In this document: in pieces, positions 45,393 to 54,696 of the stretch
Layout of the letters: every line of letters starts with the position of its first letter
Position numbering within the stretch: position 1 is the stretch's first letter
Assembly (NCBI GenBank): GCA_003153125.1
Contig: PLWW01000109.1
Location: forward strand, 10,513-74,512
Length of the DNA: 64,000 nt
Origin: Candidatus Dormiibacterota bacterium
Lineage (GTDB): Bacteria; Chloroflexota; Dormibacteria; Aeolococcales; Aeolococcaceae
Reading direction: 5' to 3'
Notes under the pieces: model-generated
Told to the model about the DNA's origin: nothing
Databases searched by the model: none
Seen by the model: only the letters and a program-made list of their open reading frames with translations
Position numbers and translations under genes: made by a program

Positions 45393-46397
45393 ATGTCGAT
45401 CGTGGCCGGCATGGACGACGACAGCTCCGCCACGCCCGGTGGCCCCGCGCCTGACGCGACGGGTCACCGGCCGGTCCTTCTACATCCGCTAATAGAGAGC
45501 CTGCAGCCCCGACCGGGCCAGACGTACATCGACGGCACCCTCGGCGCCGGCGGTTACGTCGCCTCGGTCCTGGAACGCGTCCGCCCCGGCGGGCGTGTCC
45601 TCGGCATCGACCGCGATCCCGCGGCGGTGGAGGCGGCGCGGCGTCGCTTCGCAGCGGCGACCGGCGCCATCGTCGAGCAGGGCGATTTCGCCTCTCTCGA
45701 GGCGATCGCTGCCCGCCACGGCATCGACCGGGTCGACGGCGTGATGTTCGACCTGGGCCTCTCGTCGGTACAGCTCGACGACCCGGCCCGCGGATTCAGC
45801 TTCCGCTTCGACGGGCCCCTCGACATGCGCATGGATCCGCGCGAGGGGCGCACCGCCGCCGACCTCGTCAACGAGTGGTCGGAGGCGGACCTGACCGCGC
45901 TGATCCGCACATACGGTGATGAGCGCTTCGCACGCAGGATCGCCGCCGCGATCGTGCGCAGCCGTGCCGACGAAGCGATCACCACCACAGCCCAGCTGCG
46001 CGACATCGTCGAGCGCACCATCCCGCGACGGTTCTGGCCGAAGCGCATTCACCCTGCGACGCGGACGTTCCAGGCGCTTCGCATCGAGGTGAACCACGAG
46101 CTGGAAAGCCTCAATGAGGGACTGCAGGCCGCGATTCGAATCCTCCGGCCCGGTGGGCGTCTTGGGGTTGTCTCCTTCCACTCTCTCGAGGACACCATTG
46201 TCAAGAACGCACTCCACGTCTCAGCACAGAATTGTCTCTGTCCGCCCCAACAGACCCACTGCACCTGCGCTCACCGGGCCTCTCTTCTCCTCCTCAGCCG
46301 CAAGGCCATCAAGCCCGACGCCGCTGAGCTCGCCGCCAACCCGCGAGCCCGCTCCGCGCGGCTGCGCGTCGCCGAGAAGCTCGACGACGCGCGCTAG
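45393..46397 (+). CDS. rsmH: 16S rRNA (cytosine1402-N4)-methyltransferase
   Basis: 'HRPVLLHPLIESL', 'YIDGTLGAGGY', 'DGVMFDLGLSSVQLD', 'GPLDMRMD', 'HPATRTFQALRIEVNHEL' and 'VVSFHSLEDTIVK'. Confidence 0.9.
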   Translation: MSIVAGMDDDSSATPGGPAPDATGHRPVLLHPLIESLQPRPGQTYIDGTLGAGGYVASVLERVRPGGRVLGIDRDPAAVEAARRRFAAATGAIVEQGDFASLEAIAARHGIDRVDGVMFDLGLSSVQLDDPARGFSFRFDGPLDMRMDPREGRTAADLVNEWSEADLTALIRTYGDERFARRIAAAIVRSRADEAITTTAQLRDIVERTIPRRFWPKRIHPATRTFQALRIEVNHELESLNEGLQAAIRILRPGGRLGVVSFHSLEDTIVKNALHVSAQNCLCPPQQTHCTCAHRASLLLLSRKAIKPDAAELAANPRARSARLRVAEKLDDAR

Positions 46398-46462
46398 ACC
46401 AGCACCCCGCCATCCGTCGCCTCGTCCTCCACACGTCACTGCATTTCACGGAGACCCGGGCT

Positions 46463-46951
46463 GTGCCCAAAACCCCACGTTCCCAACTTCCTGCCGATGA
46501 CCTCAGCGGCGTCCCGCTCGACGAGGCACCCGCGCGCCGCACCCGTCTTCGCCGCGGTGGACCGCGCACGCCCCTCCCTCTGCTGCCGCTGATCGCGGCG
46601 CTCGCCGGCGTCGGCGTCGCCTACGTGGGCCAGAGCGCCCACGCCACCCAGGCGACATACGACGCCGCCGGGCTGTCGGCGCAGAACCTGCAGCTGAGCA
46701 CACGCGACTCGCAACTCGGCGACGACCTCGCCCGCCTCGAGAGCGCAGCCCGGATCGTCGCGGCCGCTCAGCAGCTGGGCATGCGCCCGGCCGGGCACTG
46801 GTCGTATGTCGCGGCGCAACCCAGGGCGGTGATCCCGACCCCGGGGCCGCTTCTGGCCACACAACCCGGCTCCGGTGATCCTCTGCAGCAGTTCGTGGCG
46901 GCGGTGGGCGGCGCCTTCGGCGTGCGCGGCAGCCGCGGCGCCGCCCCATGA
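46463..46951 (+). CDS. ftsL: FtsL-like cell-division protein (single TM plus coiled coil)
   Basis: Assigned by position between rsmH and ftsI. TM helix 'LPLLPLIAALAGVGVAYVG' is followed by a short coiled coil and 'IVAAAQQLGMRP'. Confidence 0.6.
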   Translation: MPKTPRSQLPADDLSGVPLDEAPARRTRLRRGGPRTPLPLLPLIAALAGVGVAYVGQSAHATQATYDAAGLSAQNLQLSTRDSQLGDDLARLESAARIVAAAQQLGMRPAGHWSYVAAQPRAVIPTPGPLLATQPGSGDPLQQFVAAVGGAFGVRGSRGAAP

Positions 46952-48711
46952 GACGACGTCGCGAGGCGGCCCAGCCGTCGGCGGTGCGCGGCTGGTTCGT
47001 CGCCGACGCACCCGACTACCGTCACCGCGGCACCTGGCTGGCGCTGGCGTTCGCCGCCATGGCGGTGACGCTCTGCGCGCGCCTCTTCGACGTGCAGGTG
47101 CTGCAGCACGCGACCCTGGCCGCCAAGGCGGCGGCCCTGCACCAGAAGTCGGTCACCATCGCGGCCACCCGGGGGCGGATCCTGGACAGCAGCGGGCGCG
47201 TGCTGGTCAGTAACCGCACCGTGTACGACGTCTATGCCGACCCGGGCCTGATCAGCGTGGACAGCCGCGCCGACGTGGCCAGGCAGCTCGCCCCCGTGCT
47301 CTCCCAGGATGTCACCGCTGTCGACGCGCTCATCTCCGAGCCGACGCGTTTTGTCTACCTCGCCAAAGCGGTGTCACAGCAGGTGAGTGACCGGCTCAAC
47401 GCTCTCGGGCTGCCCGGGGTCGTGGTGGTGCCCGCGGAGCAGCGCGTCTACGAGCCGTCGGCTGTGCCGGGCACGTCCTTTGCCGCCAACCTCCTCGGTT
47501 ACGTCAATGCCGACGGCACCGGCCAGTACGGCATCGAGGGCTACTACGACACCGTGCTCCGTGGCACCGACGGGCAGCAGTCGACGGTTCGCGACGTCGC
47601 CGGCAACTCCATCACCCTGAGCAACGACCCGCAGTCGGCAGCCCACGACGGCGAGGACCTGCAGCTCGGGCTCGACTCCGAGGTGCAGTACTGGGCCGAG
47701 CAGGCGATCGCGCAGGGCGTCGCCAAGGCGCAGGCGGCGTCGGGGACCCTGCTGGTCATGGACACCAAGACCGGCGCCATCCGGGCGTGGGCTCAGGCAC
47801 CCACATACGATGCCAACTCCTACTCGAGCTCCCCGATCGCCGACTTCCGCGACCTCGGGATCTCCAACGTCTACGAGCCCGGATCGGTCGAGAAGCTGGT
47901 CACCTTCGGGGGCGCTCTCAACAGCGGCGCGATCACCCCGGGCTACACCTTCAACGAGGGGCCGACGACGATCGACGGAGCCACCATCCGCGACTGGGAC
48001 AACCGCGCCCACGGCAACATCACCATGCAGAAGGTCCTCGACGACTCGCTCAACAACGGGGCCATCAAGGCGGCTCAACTGATGGGTGCAAATGCCTTCT
48101 ACAGCAACCTTCTTGCCTTCGGGATCGGTCTCTCGACAGGAGTCGACCTGGCCGGTGAGCAGAACGTGCCCCTGCCGGCGCAGAGCACCCTGAGCCCCCT
48201 CGACCTCGCCGAAGCCGCCTTCGGGCAGCGCGTCCAGGTGACCCCGGTGGAGATGCTGGCGGCGATCAACGCCATCGCCAACGGCGGTGTGTGGGTGCAG
48301 CCGCACGCGGTGCAGGCGGTCATCGATCCCAGCACCGGCAGGTCCGCCGTGGTCGTGCCCACCACGCGACGGGTCATCTCCGCCACCGCCGCGGCCACGC
48401 TCGCTCAGATGATGACCGGGGTGGTCGAGGACCGCGGGGCCGAGGGCTCAGCGGCCAAGATCGCGGGCTTCACGGGTGAGGTCGCCGGCAAGACCGGCAC
48501 CGCGAGCGTGGCCGTCAACGGCCGCTACGGCAGCAACGTCATCGTCTCCTTCGGTGGTTTCCTCCCCGCCAAGAACCCGCAGTTCACCATGCTGGTCGTG
48601 CTCAACTACCCGCAGGAGAACAGCATCGTGCGATTCGGCTCGACGCTGGCGGCCCCGATCTGGAAGCAGCTCGCCCAGGTGGCCATCGACCAGTGGCGGA
48701 TCACGCCGTGA
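46948..48711 (+). CDS. ftsI: Penicillin-binding protein / peptidoglycan D,D-transpeptidase FtsI
   Basis: N-terminal TM helix, PBP dimer domain, and transpeptidase motifs 'SVEKLV' (SxxK-type), 'SLNNG' (SxN) and 'KTGTA' (KTG). ATGA overlap with ftsL. Confidence 0.85.
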   Translation: MRRRREAAQPSAVRGWFVADAPDYRHRGTWLALAFAAMAVTLCARLFDVQVLQHATLAAKAAALHQKSVTIAATRGRILDSSGRVLVSNRTVYDVYADPGLISVDSRADVARQLAPVLSQDVTAVDALISEPTRFVYLAKAVSQQVSDRLNALGLPGVVVVPAEQRVYEPSAVPGTSFAANLLGYVNADGTGQYGIEGYYDTVLRGTDGQQSTVRDVAGNSITLSNDPQSAAHDGEDLQLGLDSEVQYWAEQAIAQGVAKAQAASGTLLVMDTKTGAIRAWAQAPTYDANSYSSSPIADFRDLGISNVYEPGSVEKLVTFGGALNSGAITPGYTFNEGPTTIDGATIRDWDNRAHGNITMQKVLDDSLNNGAIKAAQLMGANAFYSNLLAFGIGLSTGVDLAGEQNVPLPAQSTLSPLDLAEAAFGQRVQVTPVEMLAAINAIANGGVWVQPHAVQAVIDPSTGRSAVVVPTTRRVISATAAATLAQMMTGVVEDRGAEGSAAKIAGFTGEVAGKTGTASVAVNGRYGSNVIVSFGGFLPAKNPQFTMLVVLNYPQENSIVRFGSTLAAPIWKQLAQVAIDQWRITP

Positions 48712-49670
48712 AGCACGCCGCCGTGGTGCTCGTGCTCGCCTTCGGCGCGGGCATTGCCCTGTACCCGTGGCTGATCGCCCAGCTCGCCGTCAGCGGTGCG
48801 CGGCAGCGCGTGCAGGCCTACAACCCGCAGTCCCACATGATCAAGGCGGGCACCCCGACGATGGGCGGCCTGCTCTTCTGCGCCATCGCCGTGGTCGCCT
48901 GGCTGGTCTTCGACCGCAGCCGCCTCGGGTTCGTCGTCGTGTTCGCCCTTGGGGCGGGCGCATTGCTCGGCGTCCTCGACGATCGCGCCAACATCCGCGG
49001 CAAGGGCGTGTTCGGCCTCGGGGTCCGCGAGAAGCTCGTCTTCCAGGCGTTCATCGGGCTCCTCGTCGGCATCGGCCTGGCCGTCGCCGGCGCCACCCGC
49101 CAGGCCTTCCCCGGGCTCGGCGAGCCGGACCTGCACGCCGCCGGCATCATCATCGTGAGCGTGCTGGCAGTGGTCGCCGTCAGCAACGCGGTCAACCTCA
49201 CCGACGGCGTCGACGGCCTCGCGGCCAGCTGTTCCGCGGTGGTGTTCGCCGGGCTCCTCGCCGTCGCGCTGCACCAACACGCGCTTCCCGCCGTCATCGT
49301 CAGCGCCGCCCTGGTCGGCGGCCTTGTGGCCTTCCTTGTCTTCAACTGGTTCCCCGCCCGCGTGTTCATGGGAGACACCGGGTCGCTTGCCCTGGGCTGC
49401 GCGCTCGTCGCCACCGCGGCCGAGGTGCACCTGCTCTGGCTGCTCCCGCTCGCGGGCATCGTCTTCGTCGCGGAGACGCTCAGCGTGATCATCAACGTCA
49501 CCGCCGTGCGCAGGTTCCACCACCACCTGCTTCGGGCCAGCCCGCTCCATCATCACTTCGAGGAGCTCGGCCTGCGCGAGCGTCGCCTGGTCGCCGCCTT
49601 CACAACCGTGGCGGCCGTCGGCACCCTCCTCACCGTCCTGTACGCGCGTTCGCGCGGGGCGGTCGCATGA
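48708..49670 (+). CDS. mraY: Phospho-N-acetylmuramoyl-pentapeptide transferase
   Basis: 'KAGTPTMGGLLF', 'LLGVLDDRANI', 'NAVNLTDGVDGLA', 'FLVFNWFPARVFMGDTGSLALG' and 'ASPLHHHFE'. GTGA overlap with ftsI. Confidence 0.9.
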   Translation: MKHAAVVLVLAFGAGIALYPWLIAQLAVSGARQRVQAYNPQSHMIKAGTPTMGGLLFCAIAVVAWLVFDRSRLGFVVVFALGAGALLGVLDDRANIRGKGVFGLGVREKLVFQAFIGLLVGIGLAVAGATRQAFPGLGEPDLHAAGIIIVSVLAVVAVSNAVNLTDGVDGLAASCSAVVFAGLLAVALHQHALPAVIVSAALVGGLVAFLVFNWFPARVFMGDTGSLALGCALVATAAEVHLLWLLPLAGIVFVAETLSVIINVTAVRRFHHHLLRASPLHHHFEELGLRERRLVAAFTTVAAVGTLLTVLYARSRGAVA

Positions 49671-51019
49671 GCGGCCGTGCCGTGGTCTTCGGCCTCGGTC
49701 GCAGCGGGCTCGCCTGCGCCCGCGTCCTCGCCGCCGAGGGATGGGAGGTGCTCGCGGTCGACAGTCGCGACGACGCCGGCCTCCGCGACACGGCCTCACG
49801 CCTGCCCGCCGAGGTCCACGTCGAGCTCGGCGGCTACCAGGCCGAGGTGGTGCGCGGCGCCGCCCTGGTCTGTCCATCGCCCGGCGTGTCGTGGAGCGCT
49901 CCCGAGCTCGTGCTGGCGCGCAGCCTCGGCATCCCGGTGCGCAGCGAGATCGCGCTGGTGTTCGAGCGCTGCCGGGGCCGCATCGTCGGCATCACCGGCA
50001 CCAACGGCAAGACCACCACGACCAGCCTGTGCGCCGCCGTCATCGGGCGCGACGGCCGCCGTGTCCACCTCGGCGGCAACATCGGCGAGACCATGCTCGA
50101 CCGCCTCGACACGGTCGGGAGCGGCGACTGGGTGGTGCTCGAGCTGTCGTCGTTCCAGTTGGAGTCGGTCGAGGCGCCCGCGTGCGAGATCGCCGCCGTC
50201 CTGAACATCAGCCACGACCACATCGACCGTCACGGCAGCCTGGCCGCATACATCGCCACCAAGCAGCGAGTGGTCGAGCACGCCACGTCCTGCGCGGTCC
50301 TCGGATGGGACGACCCGGTGACCCGCGCCATGGCCCCCGCCAGCCCGGCGCCGGTGCGGTTCTTCGGGGCTGCCATGGCCGGACAGGACGGCGCCACCGT
50401 CGAGGGCGGCGACGTCGTCGTCGTCGAGGCGGGCGCCTCGCAGCCGGTCATGAAGGTGGCCGACATCCCCCTCTTCGGGAGCCACAACGTGCTCAACGTG
50501 CTCGCCGCGACCGCGATCGGGGTCGCGGCGGGGGTTGGCGTGACGGACATCGCCGCGGCGGTCCGTGACTTCACCCCCGTGCCCCACCGCCTCGAGACCG
50601 TGCTCGAGGACAACGGCGTGCTGTGGATCAACGACAGCAAGGCGACCAACGTCGACGCCGCCACGCGCGCGCTGGAGTCCTTCGACCGGCCGATCGTGTG
50701 GATCGGCGGCGGCTACAGCAAGGGCGTGCCGGCGGGCGACCTCGCCGGGGCCGTGGCCCGTCACGCCCGCGTCGCCATCCTCAACGGCGACACCGCGGCA
50801 GAGTTGGACGAGGCACTGGCCGCGCTGGGCTTTCGCGACAGGGTCGTCGTCGCCGACCAGGCGAGCGCGGTCCGCGAGGCGCGGCGGCGGGCCGGCGCCG
50901 GTGACGTCGTGCTCCTGGCGCCGGGCTACTCCAGCTTCGACCAATTCGGCAACTTCGAGGAGCGTGGCGCGGCGTTCGCCACCCTGGTCCGTCGCCTTGT
51001 CATGGAGAGCGGCGCCTGA
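49667..51019 (+). CDS. murD: UDP-N-acetylmuramoylalanine--D-glutamate ligase
   Basis: 'VVFGLGRSGLACARVLAAEGWEV', 'IVGITGTNGKTTTTSL', 'VLELSSFQLE', 'NISHDHIDRHGS', 'GSHNVLNVLAA' and 'WINDSKATNVDA'. ATGA overlap with mraY. Confidence 0.9.
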   Translation: MSGRAVVFGLGRSGLACARVLAAEGWEVLAVDSRDDAGLRDTASRLPAEVHVELGGYQAEVVRGAALVCPSPGVSWSAPELVLARSLGIPVRSEIALVFERCRGRIVGITGTNGKTTTTSLCAAVIGRDGRRVHLGGNIGETMLDRLDTVGSGDWVVLELSSFQLESVEAPACEIAAVLNISHDHIDRHGSLAAYIATKQRVVEHATSCAVLGWDDPVTRAMAPASPAPVRFFGAAMAGQDGATVEGGDVVVVEAGASQPVMKVADIPLFGSHNVLNVLAATAIGVAAGVGVTDIAAAVRDFTPVPHRLETVLEDNGVLWINDSKATNVDAATRALESFDRPIVWIGGGYSKGVPAGDLAGAVARHARVAILNGDTAAELDEALAALGFRDRVVVADQASAVREARRRAGAGDVVLLAPGYSSFDQFGNFEERGAAFATLVRRLVMESGA

Positions 51020-52278
51020 TGGCCGCTCGCACCCGGCCCAACACCGTCCCCGCCCTGCGCCTGCGTGAGACCCTCCTCGGCGGGCGCACCCTCAGCCTCG
51101 GCGGGGTCGACGGCTGGTTGCTGACCGACATTGCCGCGCTCTGCGCCTTCGGGCTGGTCATGGTCTACAGCGCCAGCGAAGCGCTGGGGTTCCTCTGGTT
51201 CGAGAATCCCAACTACTTCTTCTACCGACAGCTGATGGGCATGGGGCTCGGCGTGCTGGCACTGGTGATCCTCGCCCGCACCGACTACCACCGCCTGCGC
51301 CGCCTCGCCCCCGTGGCGGCGCTCTGTCTCGTGGCCATGCTGATCCTGGTGCTGGTGCCGCACCTGGGTACTCAGGCCAACGGCGCCCGGCGCTGGTTCA
51401 CCGTGGGACCCCTGTCCGTGCAGCCGTCGGCGATCGCCATCCTCGTCTCCATCGTGTTCTTCTCGAAGTGGCTGACCGATCGCGGCCCCGCCGTCCGCAC
51501 CTACCGCGGGGTGCGCGACTACGCGCTGCTCATCGGCGTGCTCATCGGTCTCGTCCTGCTCGAACGCGACCTCGGCAGCAGCATCATCATCGCCGGGACC
51601 GCGCTGGTTCTCCTCGCCCTCGGCGGCGTCCGCAAGCGGCACATGTTCGTCCTCCTCGGCGTGGCCATGGCAGGCGGTTACCTGCTGGTCATGCTCGTCG
51701 CCTACCGGTCCAGCCGCCTGGCCACCTTCACGCACCCCTGCGACGATCCTCTCAACACCGGCTACCAGGCGTGCCAGGCGCTCTACGCCTTCGGCAGCGG
51801 CGGCCTCACCGGGGTCGGCCTCGGCAACTCCGTGCAGAAGTACCAGTGGCTGCCCGAGGCGCACACCGACTTCATCTTCGCCATCATCGGCGAGGAGCTT
51901 GGCCTGGTCGGAACCGTCTCCGTGGTGCTGGCGTTCACATTGCTGCTCTGGCGTGGAGTGCGAGCCTCCCTTCGCGCGCCGGACTCGTACGGGGCACTGC
52001 TCGCTGGAGGTATCACCGCGTGGATCGGGATTCAGGCTTTCGTCAACATCGGGGCGGTCACGGGCGTGATCCCCACGACCGGCATCCCCCTGCCGTTCAT
52101 CAGCTACGGTGGCACCTCATTGGCGATGACGCTGGCGGGGGTGGGGATCCTCTGCAACGTGTCCGCCCAGGGCCGACGACAGGGGGTGACACTGCGTGCG
52201 CACGTTGATCGCCGGCGGGGGGACGGGTGGCCATCTGACCCCGGTGCTGGCGATGGCCCAGGAGCTGCGCCGCTCTGA
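51019..52278 (+). CDS. ftsW: SEDS-family peptidoglycan glycosyltransferase FtsW
   Basis: Polytopic membrane protein with 'QPSAIAILVSIVFFSKWL', 'PEAHTDFIFAIIGEELGLVG' and 'GIPLPFISYGGTSL'. Its ATG shares one nt with the murD stop (TGATG). Confidence 0.85.
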   Translation: MAARTRPNTVPALRLRETLLGGRTLSLGGVDGWLLTDIAALCAFGLVMVYSASEALGFLWFENPNYFFYRQLMGMGLGVLALVILARTDYHRLRRLAPVAALCLVAMLILVLVPHLGTQANGARRWFTVGPLSVQPSAIAILVSIVFFSKWLTDRGPAVRTYRGVRDYALLIGVLIGLVLLERDLGSSIIIAGTALVLLALGGVRKRHMFVLLGVAMAGGYLLVMLVAYRSSRLATFTHPCDDPLNTGYQACQALYAFGSGGLTGVGLGNSVQKYQWLPEAHTDFIFAIIGEELGLVGTVSVVLAFTLLLWRGVRASLRAPDSYGALLAGGITAWIGIQAFVNIGAVTGVIPTTGIPLPFISYGGTSLAMTLAGVGILCNVSAQGRRQGVTLRAHVDRRRGDGWPSDPGAGDGPGAAPL

Positions 52279-53299
52279 CCCGTCCGGCGCCGTTCTCATC
52301 GTCGGCCGCCGGGGAGGCGTCGCCGAGGGGCTGGTCACGGCGGCGGGGTTCCGCCTCGAGACCCTGCTGGTGTCGGGCCTCGACACGGGAAGTGCGGCGA
52401 GCGTGTCTCGGTTTGTCGCCCGACTGCCGGTGGCGGTGATCGCCGCGCGGCGGATCATCCGCGAGTTCCGCGCTGACGTGGTCGTCGGGGGGGCCGGCTA
52501 CGTGAGCGTGCCGGTGGTGCTGGCCGCCCGTTCGCTGCGCGTCCCGGTTGTGCTCATGGAGCAGAACGCCATGCCGGGCCGGGCCACACGGCTGCTGGCG
52601 CGCCGTGACGGCGTGGTCGCCGCCGCGTTCGCGGAGACCGCGGCACGTCTTCCCCGCGCTCGCGTCGTGCACACCGGCAACCCGATCCGCACCGAGGTGC
52701 TCGCCACCCCGCCCCGCCCACTCGGCGACCGTTGCGACGCACTGCTGGTCATGGGTGGCTCACAGGGCGCGCGGCGCATCAACCGCGCGGTGGCGGGCTG
52801 CGTCGAGGCACTGCTGCGCGCCAATCCCAGCCTGCGCATCGTCCATCAGACGGGCGTCCTCGACAGCGAGGAGATGGAGGCGGTGGCTGCTTCACTCGAC
52901 GCCGACCTGCGCGCGCGCTGGTCGCTGGCGCCCTTCATCGGCGACATCGGCGCGGCCATCACCGGCTCCGACCTCGTGCTGATGAGGGCCGGAGGGTCGT
53001 CCGTTGCCGAGTGCGCGGCCCTCGGCCGGCCCATGATCCTGGTGCCGTACCCGCACGCCGGTGACCATCAGCGCTTCAATGCGGCCCCCTACGTCGCGGC
53101 CGGGGCGGCCAGGGTGATCCCCGACCAGGAATGCGACGCGCCGCGTGTGGCGGCGGAGCTGGGCGCCCTCCTCGACGACCCGGCGGCGTGGCGGCGCATG
53201 GCCGCGGCCAGCGCGGGGCTGGGCCGGCGGGACGCGGCCTCACGGGTTGTCGGGCTGCTCACCCACCTTGCGGCCAGTCCGGCGAGAATCCCGGGGTGA
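52196..53299 (+). CDS. murG: Lipid II-forming N-acetylglucosaminyltransferase MurG
   Basis: 'LIAGGGTGGHLTPVLAMAQEL', 'MEQNAMPGRATR', 'LLVMGGSQGARRIN' and 'RAGGSSVAECAALGRPMILVPYP'. The Gly-rich motif begins at residue 7, so GTG 52196 is required. Confidence 0.9.
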   Translation: MRTLIAGGGTGGHLTPVLAMAQELRRSDPSGAVLIVGRRGGVAEGLVTAAGFRLETLLVSGLDTGSAASVSRFVARLPVAVIAARRIIREFRADVVVGGAGYVSVPVVLAARSLRVPVVLMEQNAMPGRATRLLARRDGVVAAAFAETAARLPRARVVHTGNPIRTEVLATPPRPLGDRCDALLVMGGSQGARRINRAVAGCVEALLRANPSLRIVHQTGVLDSEEMEAVAASLDADLRARWSLAPFIGDIGAAITGSDLVLMRAGGSSVAECAALGRPMILVPYPHAGDHQRFNAAPYVAAGAARVIPDQECDAPRVAAELGALLDDPAAWRRMAAASAGLGRRDAASRVVGLLTHLAASPARIPG

Positions 53300-54696
53300 C
53301 CGGTCACGTCCACTTTCTCGGTATCTGCGGCTACGCGGTGAGCGGCGCTGCCCTGGTCGCCCGCGAGCAGGGGTGGCGCGTCTCGGGCTCCGACGACGAG
53401 GCCTACCCCCCCACGACCGACATCCTCACCGCCGCCGGCGTCGACTGGGTCGACGGCAGTGACCCCGCCAACCTCGACCGCTGGGGTGTGCCCGACCTCG
53501 TCGTGGTGGGCAACCAGACGCGTGCGACCAACCCGGAGTGGCTGGCCACCCGCGACCGCGGCCTGCCCACCTCAAGCGAGATCGAGTTCTACCTGCGCCT
53601 CACCGCCGACCGGCGCCGCATCGCGGTCTGCGGGACGCACGGCAAGACCACGACGTCGTCACTGCTCGCCCACATGCTCGACGCCTGCGGGATGGACCCC
53701 GGCTATCGGCTGGGATCGACGTCGCTGGACCTCGGCAGCAGCGCCAGACTCGGGACCGGGCCGTTCGTGTTCGAGGGCGACGAGTACACCACAGCCCCCT
53801 GGGACTCGCGTCCCAAGTTCCTCCACATCCGCCCGTCGTCGGCCTGCGTGACCCGCCTCGAGCTCGACCACCCCGACGTGTACCCGACGCTTGACGCCTA
53901 CCGCGCCCCCTTCCGCGAGCTGGCGCGGTCGATGCCCGCCGCCGGCCTCCTGGTGCTCTGCGCCGACGATCCCGAATGCGCGGCGCTCGAGGCCGACGCG
54001 TCGTGCCGGGTGATCACCTATGGATGCGAGGAGGGAGCTGCCTGGCGCGTCCGCCTCGGCGGCGACAGAGGTTCGGTGCAGACATTCACGGTGCGCGAGC
54101 CCGGCGGTGAGCACGAGGTGGCGCTCACCTTCCCGGGCAGGCACAGCGCGCTCAACGCCGTGGCAGCCCTCGTGCTCGCCGTCGACGCCGGCGCATCGCT
54201 GCAGCGATGCATCGAGGCATGCGCCACGTTCCGCGGGCCGGCACGCCGCTTCGAGGTGGTCGGTGAGGTGAGCGGTGTCACGGTGATCGACGACTACGCT
54301 CACCACCCCACCGAGGTCGAGGTGACGATCGCGGCCGCCCGGGATCGGTATCCCGCGCGACGCCTCATCGCCGTCCACACGCCGCACACGTACTCGCGGA
54401 CGCGCACGCTCCTCGCCGACTACGAGCACAGCTTCAGAGGCGCGGACGTGGTGGTGCTCGGCCCGATCGAGAGCGCCAGGGAGCGCGGGATGGAGGCAAC
54501 GGTGAGCAGCCACGACGTCGCCTCCCGGGTTGGGGAGGCCGTCCCGGTCCACGTCGTGGACAGCTCGGCGGAGGCGATCGGCCTGCTGGCGCGCATCTCG
54601 CGGCCCGGCGACGTGCTGCTGGTCCTCTCGCTGGGCGGCTTCGACAAGATCGCGCTCCGCCTCGTCGCCGCGCTGGAGGCTGCCGGTGTCCACTGA
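53296..54696 (+). CDS. MurC/Mpl-family Mur ligase in the murC position; sequence is Mpl-like
   Basis: 'HFLGICGYAVSGAALVAREQGWRVSGSDDEAYPP', 'IAVCGTHGKTTTSSLLA', 'FEGDEYTTAPWDSRPKFLHIRP' and 'LELDHPDVY'. GTGA overlap with murG. Confidence 0.8.
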   Translation: MTGHVHFLGICGYAVSGAALVAREQGWRVSGSDDEAYPPTTDILTAAGVDWVDGSDPANLDRWGVPDLVVVGNQTRATNPEWLATRDRGLPTSSEIEFYLRLTADRRRIAVCGTHGKTTTSSLLAHMLDACGMDPGYRLGSTSLDLGSSARLGTGPFVFEGDEYTTAPWDSRPKFLHIRPSSACVTRLELDHPDVYPTLDAYRAPFRELARSMPAAGLLVLCADDPECAALEADASCRVITYGCEEGAAWRVRLGGDRGSVQTFTVREPGGEHEVALTFPGRHSALNAVAALVLAVDAGASLQRCIEACATFRGPARRFEVVGEVSGVTVIDDYAHHPTEVEVTIAAARDRYPARRLIAVHTPHTYSRTRTLLADYEHSFRGADVVVLGPIESARERGMEATVSSHDVASRVGEAVPVHVVDSSAEAIGLLARISRPGDVLLVLSLGGFDKIALRLVAALEAAGVH

